Below are positions 26,556 to 30,730 of a stretch of DNA of 30,730 nucleotides, piece after piece (the first letter of the stretch is position 1; every line of letters starts with the position of its first letter). The notes beneath the pieces were generated by a model, which worked only from the letters and a program-made list of their open reading frames with translations, ran no database searches and was not told the origin of the DNA. Source of the DNA: a virus (Duplodnaviria; Caudoviricetes); IMG/VR virus record IMGVR_UViG_3300033508_000303, positions 1-30,730 of that record; one strand, written 5' to 3'. Both the position numbers and the translations under genes were made by a program.

Positions 26556-27151
26556 CAGTCGGTTTTGGAGGGGTCGGCCCACCGGGTGAAGACGGCCACC
26601 AGTTCGTGCAGGATGCGTTCGGTCTGATCGGCCAGGGTGATGCGGATGGCGGCTTCGTCACGCCCGGCCAGCTGGGGTGGCAGCGTGGCCTGCCAGGCCT
26701 CAAGTTTGCTGCGCAGAGTGGTGCCCGCGTCGGCAAAGGCGGCCATGACAGATTTGCGCTCGGACAGTTCGCCAGCGGCCTTGCGGTATTCGTCATGCTC
26801 GCGCTCGGCGGCGTAGTGTTCGCGCTTGGCTTTGCTGTCTTGAAAGTTGTAGAGGCCACCGGGAGTGGATGGAAGGGCGGTAGCGTCTGCCGGATCTGCG
26901 TGGTCGTCATCGTCCACCTGGTGGCCGGTAGCCACGACCGCGCCGCGTGCTTGGGCATGGCGCTCTGCCACGCCCTGCTTGGATGGGTCGCGGGTGGCAG
27001 CAATGCGGGCGATGCTTTCAGCCACCAGCACACTCTTGCCGTCTGGCGCCATGACCAGACGGCCGTCTTTTTTGAGCTCATAGCCGTAGTTGCGCTTGCA
27101 GCCGATGTGCTCTGCGAAGGCGGGGACGGATAGGGTGGCGGGGGGCGTCAT
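26555..27151 (-). CDS. Terminase small subunit
   Basis: 198 aa with N-terminal winged-HTH-like segment and AKREHYAAE...GEL coiled coil. Directly upstream of the large subunit. Confidence 0.85.
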   Translation of the reverse strand: MTPPATLSVPAFAEHIGCKRNYGYELKKDGRLVMAPDGKSVLVAESIARIAATRDPSKQGVAERHAQARGAVVATGHQVDDDDHADPADATALPSTPGGLYNFQDSKAKREHYAAEREHDEYRKAAGELSERKSVMAAFADAGTTLRSKLEAWQATLPPQLAGRDEAAIRITLADQTERILHELVAVFTRWADPSKTD

Positions 27152-28008
27152 GCCGCAGCCCCCTTCAATCTGGCCAAGCTTTCGTTCACGGCGCGGTTGA
27201 TTTCTGCTGGTAGGATTCGATCACCTTCGCGTTTTGACATGCCATAAAAATTGAATCTAGGCTTGTAACTGGCGCGGTTGACGAAAATCATGATGGGTTC
27301 GATGCGGGTACCAAGCGCAAACATGGTCCTGCGGTAGATGCCGGGCTGCATTTTGTGGGTTCCGGTTTTGCCATTGGCGCTAACGTAGGACCGGCGGGCG
27401 CCTGCAGACACCAAAAAAAACTCCCACCCGGCGGTTTTCCTGGTGCCCTTGCGGCGCTTGTCACGGCCTTTTTGACCCATGTTCTGGGTGCTGCCAGAAA
27501 CCCGCTCTGCTGCATCAAACCACGTCATGACCTGCTTGATTTCACCAACTGACTGGTTGCCATAAGCATCCATCTTGGCTTTTTCTCCAGGCACTACATA
27601 CCAGCCATTTGGCAATACCCCGACAGAGCGCAGTGCGCTCTCAAACCGTTTGTTTCGGCGCGGGCCGCCGTGGATCTGGTCATGCAAATACTTCCCGGCA
27701 GGAGTGCTGTTGGACCCCATATCCTGATAACGGATGACGTTACCCCTGTAATCAGAGACAGCCTCAACACCAAACCCAACCACCGCAACCAATTTTTTAG
27801 CATCCGCCTTGACGTATTTCAACTGTCTGACCGTGTACGGCGTGGGGCGGTCAAGCGACGTGGCCATGGCCGTCTTAATGGTGTCGCGCACTTGCACTGC
27901 AGTCCGTGTCAAGGCTGTGGCTGTGGCTGCATTCAAGCGGCGTTCAGAAAAGTTTTTTAGTCCGTCCTGAAGTTCTTTGATACCGGTGACGCTGACGCTG
28001 ATCTGCAT
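27148..28008 (-). CDS. Basic phage morphogenesis protein (gpZ/neck-like, 286 aa)
   Basis: ALTRTA...LDRPTPYT and YKPRFNFY motifs. Start placed at ATG 28008 with AAGGAG RBS. Family assignment tentative. Confidence 0.65.
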   Translation of the reverse strand: MQISVSVTGIKELQDGLKNFSERRLNAATATALTRTAVQVRDTIKTAMATSLDRPTPYTVRQLKYVKADAKKLVAVVGFGVEAVSDYRGNVIRYQDMGSNSTPAGKYLHDQIHGGPRRNKRFESALRSVGVLPNGWYVVPGEKAKMDAYGNQSVGEIKQVMTWFDAAERVSGSTQNMGQKGRDKRRKGTRKTAGWEFFLVSAGARRSYVSANGKTGTHKMQPGIYRRTMFALGTRIEPIMIFVNRASYKPRFNFYGMSKREGDRILPAEINRAVNESLARLKGAAA

Positions 28009-28018
28009 GACGGCTCCT

Positions 28019-28258
28019 TTAATCGTTCTTTGGGGCGTTAATTTCGTGGATGGCATGCAACCCCTTGTCCACAAACGCTGCGCTGCCTGTTAGCGTGATA
28101 CGCAGGCCGCGCAGGCCTGGGAAGAGGTCTTGCGCCTGCAGGTCTTGCACCAGGGCGTGCAGCTCGGGCCAAACCTTGACGGCCTGCTGCATGGCGCGGG
28201 CGTTGTCTTGGGTGCAGGGGATGACCCGGATGTGGGTTGAGTTGGTTTTTGCATCCAT
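28019..28258 (-). CDS. Hypothetical protein (79 aa)
   Basis: MDAKTNSTHIRVIPCT...LFPGLRGLRITL. Start placed downstream of the repeat region. Confidence 0.6.
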   Translation of the reverse strand: MDAKTNSTHIRVIPCTQDNARAMQQAVKVWPELHALVQDLQAQDLFPGLRGLRITLTGSAAFVDKGLHAIHEINAPKND

Positions 28259-28267
28259 TTTTTTAGT

Positions 28268-28521
28268 TGTGCGGTATGTGGGGTATCGTGTGCGGTATGC
28301 GAAGACGTGCAAGTGCTTGATTCATAAGGCGTGTGCGGCATGTGCGGTATGTGCGGTATCCCTGCACCTGTGCGGGTGCGCATGTGTGCACGCAGGCACA
28401 CGCGCCCGCCCACCCATGTAAGGCGGGATACCGCACATACCGCACATCCCTTTAAAATCAACGACTTGATACCGCACAGCGATACCGCACAGATACCGCA
28501 CAAGGGCCTTGATACCGCACA
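28268..28521. repeat. Inverted iteron array with two IHF consensus sites; candidate replication origin
   Basis: TGTGCGGTA at 28268, 28289, 28341 and 28350, with variants at 28277 and 28332. TACCGCACA at 28429, 28438, 28470, 28483, 28494 and 28513. WATCAANNNNTTR at 28310-28322 (-) and 28456-28468 (+). Confidence 0.85.
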
Positions 28522-28542
28522 GATTTGTTCTATGAGCGATCA

Positions 28543-30729
28543 TCATGAGGTGTACTTCGCCCCCTTGTAGTCTTTGAGAGCGGTGCGGAAGACCTGGATG
28601 CGCTCACCCAGCCAGTCCGTTTCACTCACCCCGACAGGCGGCTCGTTGCCACCAGGCAGGTCAAGGACGGCGCTGGGGCCTTTGTTGATGCCATCACCCA
28701 GGTCGTAGCGCTTTCGGGTGGTGACGGCGCCGTGCTTTCGCATCAACGCGTTTGAAAATCGCGGCAAGTTAAGCGCTTTTAAGCCCGCGTTGCCGCACCA
28801 TGTCTGATAAAGGTCGAACATGTCCTGGCTGAGTGCAGGTGTCAACAGCTTGGGCCGATCGCGCCCAGGGAAGCCGGTGATGTCCCCCGCTTCCATGGCC
28901 AGCACAAAGCGGCTGGGGCTGTCCAGGCCCAGGTCGATCAGCTCGCGCTTGGCGGCGCTCATGGGCGGCAGGGTGTGGTTGTCGAAGTCGCCCAGGTCCA
29001 GGTGCAGCAGGTAGTGGTGCAAGGCCGCCACGCCCCCGGCCGTGATCTCAGCCTGCACCGATTTATAAAATTCGGGGCTGAGTTTGGGCGGGGTCCAGAT
29101 CACGCAATGGCGCCGGTCATCCTCTTCCAGCACCACCGGCATGGCTTCATTGGACAGGAACACCACGTTGACGTGGTTGCGTTCGTCATACGCGGCCATG
29201 TTCTTTGGGTTGATGCGAATGTAGTCACTGGTGATGAAGGCCTTGAGCTTGTTTTTGATGTGGTACAGGTCAGACCTGGCCACCACTTCGTCAAAGATCA
29301 GGAACAACTTGCGGCTGCTGTAGTCGTTGAATTTGTCTTCGATGGCGTTCTGATCGACCGCCCGGCCATAGACGCCGTAGATCAGCATCACCAGCTCAAA
29401 GATCAGGTTCTTACCCACCCCCTGCGGGCCATGCACCACCACAGCGCTTTTCATCTTGGCGCCCGGGTGCTGAATGGGGTAGGCCAGCCACTTCATGACC
29501 CAATCGAACTGGTCCGCAAACATGTAGCGCGCCAAGTCTAGGATGGTCTCGCACGCGCCCGCCTGGGCGGTGGTCGGCCAGCCTGCCCACAGGTTGCAGC
29601 GGATGGTCTTGTCGGTCTCAGCGGGGTCAAAGCCGACTTCGGTGACGCGCACCATTTCGCGCTCAGGGTGTTCCATCCAGGCACGGTGGATGTTGCGGCT
29701 CATGCAGGCGTCACGCATGTCACCCAGCGCCACCAGCGTGTGCTCCTGGTGGTCAAATACCGCCCCGCCCTGCCCGTACACCATGGCGAAGCGCTCCAGC
29801 AGTTCATCCACCGTTTCAATGGGCCGCAAGGGGTCTTTGTCTGGGTGGCTCCCCTCCCCCACTTTCTTGGCTGCAGGATTTTTGGAAATCCGCCATCCGA
29901 GTGCCGTGATGCGGGCCTCAAGCTGGGTGCGCACCACGTGCAAGCCTTCCAGGGCATGCAGGTCGTTGAAGTCGCTGATCTTCTGGCCCTTGGTCTCGAA
30001 GGCTAGGCGGCGGGCGGGCTCGTCTGCGAACCGGGGCGCCACAAACGCGCCCCCCACTTCCATGGCTGCCGCGCTGGCACTGGTGACGCCCGGGTTGCCG
30101 TCGCTGAAGGCGTCATCGTCGGCACAGATCAGCAGGCTGGCCGTGCGGTAGCGGATGTGCAGCGCCCGCGCCACTGGCGCCAGGTTGCCGGCGTCAAACG
30201 CCACGGCCACGGGCAGGCCGGTGGCCTCATACAAGCTGGCCCCGGTGGCATAGCCCTCGGCCACCAGAATGACCTGGGAGGCTGTGGGCAAACCGATCAG
30301 GTGGAAGTGGCCTTTCTTGATCAGGCCGCTGGGCCAGAATTCTTTGTCCAGGCGCTTGCGCTGGCCAGTCTGCCTGCCCCGGATGACCTGCAGGCCGTGG
30401 ATCTTGCCAGACACATCCAGCATGGGGATCACCACCGCACCCTGCGGGCTAAAGCGCACGCCGTGGCCATGCACGCCCTTGCGCTGCAGGTAGTCACAGT
30501 CACCCGCCTCGGTGCACTTCTTCCAGGCGGCGTTGGCTTTGATGGCAGCGCGCTCGGCATCTGCCTTGCGGGCCAACTCGGCCATGCGTTTGTCTTCGGC
30601 CAGGCGCTTGCGCAGGCTGTCGCGCTGCTCCATGCTCAGCTCGGTCTTGGCCAGCTCCACCTTGGTGGCGTTATTGTCCGTACCGCGCCACACGCCATAG
30701 CTGCCGACTATCAGCTCGTCCCCGTTGGC
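28543..30729 (-). CDS. Primase-helicase (TOPRIM + P-loop NTPase), 5' partial
   Basis: AEGYATG and ICADDD TOPRIM motifs, SDFNDL, Walker A GPQGVGKN and Walker B LIFDE. The frame stays open to the window edge. Confidence 0.92.
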   Translation of the reverse strand, partial: ANGDELIVGSYGVWRGTDNNATKVELAKTELSMEQRDSLRKRLAEDKRMAELARKADAERAAIKANAAWKKCTEAGDCDYLQRKGVHGHGVRFSPQGAVVIPMLDVSGKIHGLQVIRGRQTGQRKRLDKEFWPSGLIKKGHFHLIGLPTASQVILVAEGYATGASLYEATGLPVAVAFDAGNLAPVARALHIRYRTASLLICADDDAFSDGNPGVTSASAAAMEVGGAFVAPRFADEPARRLAFETKGQKISDFNDLHALEGLHVVRTQLEARITALGWRISKNPAAKKVGEGSHPDKDPLRPIETVDELLERFAMVYGQGGAVFDHQEHTLVALGDMRDACMSRNIHRAWMEHPEREMVRVTEVGFDPAETDKTIRCNLWAGWPTTAQAGACETILDLARYMFADQFDWVMKWLAYPIQHPGAKMKSAVVVHGPQGVGKNLIFELVMLIYGVYGRAVDQNAIEDKFNDYSSRKLFLIFDEVVARSDLYHIKNKLKAFITSDYIRINPKNMAAYDERNHVNVVFLSNEAMPVVLEEDDRRHCVIWTPPKLSPEFYKSVQAEITAGGVAALHHYLLHLDLGDFDNHTLPPMSAAKRELIDLGLDSPSRFVLAMEAGDITGFPGRDRPKLLTPALSQDMFDLYQTWCGNAGLKALNLPRFSNALMRKHGAVTTRKRYDLGDGINKGPSAVLDLPGGNEPPVGVSETDWLGERIQVFRTALKDYKGAKYTS

Positions 30730-30730
30730 C

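Larger units (their letters stand above)
1..30730. mobile_element. Temperate phage genome segment (lambda-like head, long non-contractile tail), spanning attP
   Basis: Contiguous integrase, att core, lysis, tail, head, packaging and replication genes. No host housekeeping genes seen. No tail sheath gene recognised. Confidence 0.95.

Noticed and set aside
28050-28570. Cys-rich small ORFs (CAVCAV, MCGMCG) as metal-binding proteins
   Set aside because: They are translations of the 9-bp iteron array in several frames.

Overview
The whole window is temperate phage DNA with a lambda-like head and a siphovirus-type tail module. The host is probably a GC-rich proteobacterium (inference only). A tyrosine integrase on the + strand converges on a site made of the 3' half of a tRNA-Asn flanked on both sides by repeated arm-like motifs. 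Phage genes continue beyond it, so this looks like an intact attP (excised/circular genome or tandem prophage) rather than a prophage end. All other genes are on the - strand. In transcription order they are: TOPRIM primase-helicase (cut by the window edge), an iteron/IHF origin-like region, terminase small and large subunits, a Mor-family activator, gpW, portal, S49 protease with nested scaffold, decoration protein, major capsid, head-tail and tail genes, a frameshifted tail chaperone, tape measure, tail-tip and fibre genes, and a holin/SAR-endolysin/spanin lysis cassette. The most notable signal is an apparently disabled diversity-generating retroelement (DGR). A fibre gene with an Mtd-like variable C-terminus and downstream hairpin is followed by an avd gene. 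That gene loses its last helix and runs in frame into what looks like the extreme C-terminus of a DGR reverse transcriptase, with no template repeat or RT core visible in the window. Family assignments come from motif recognition, not database searches.
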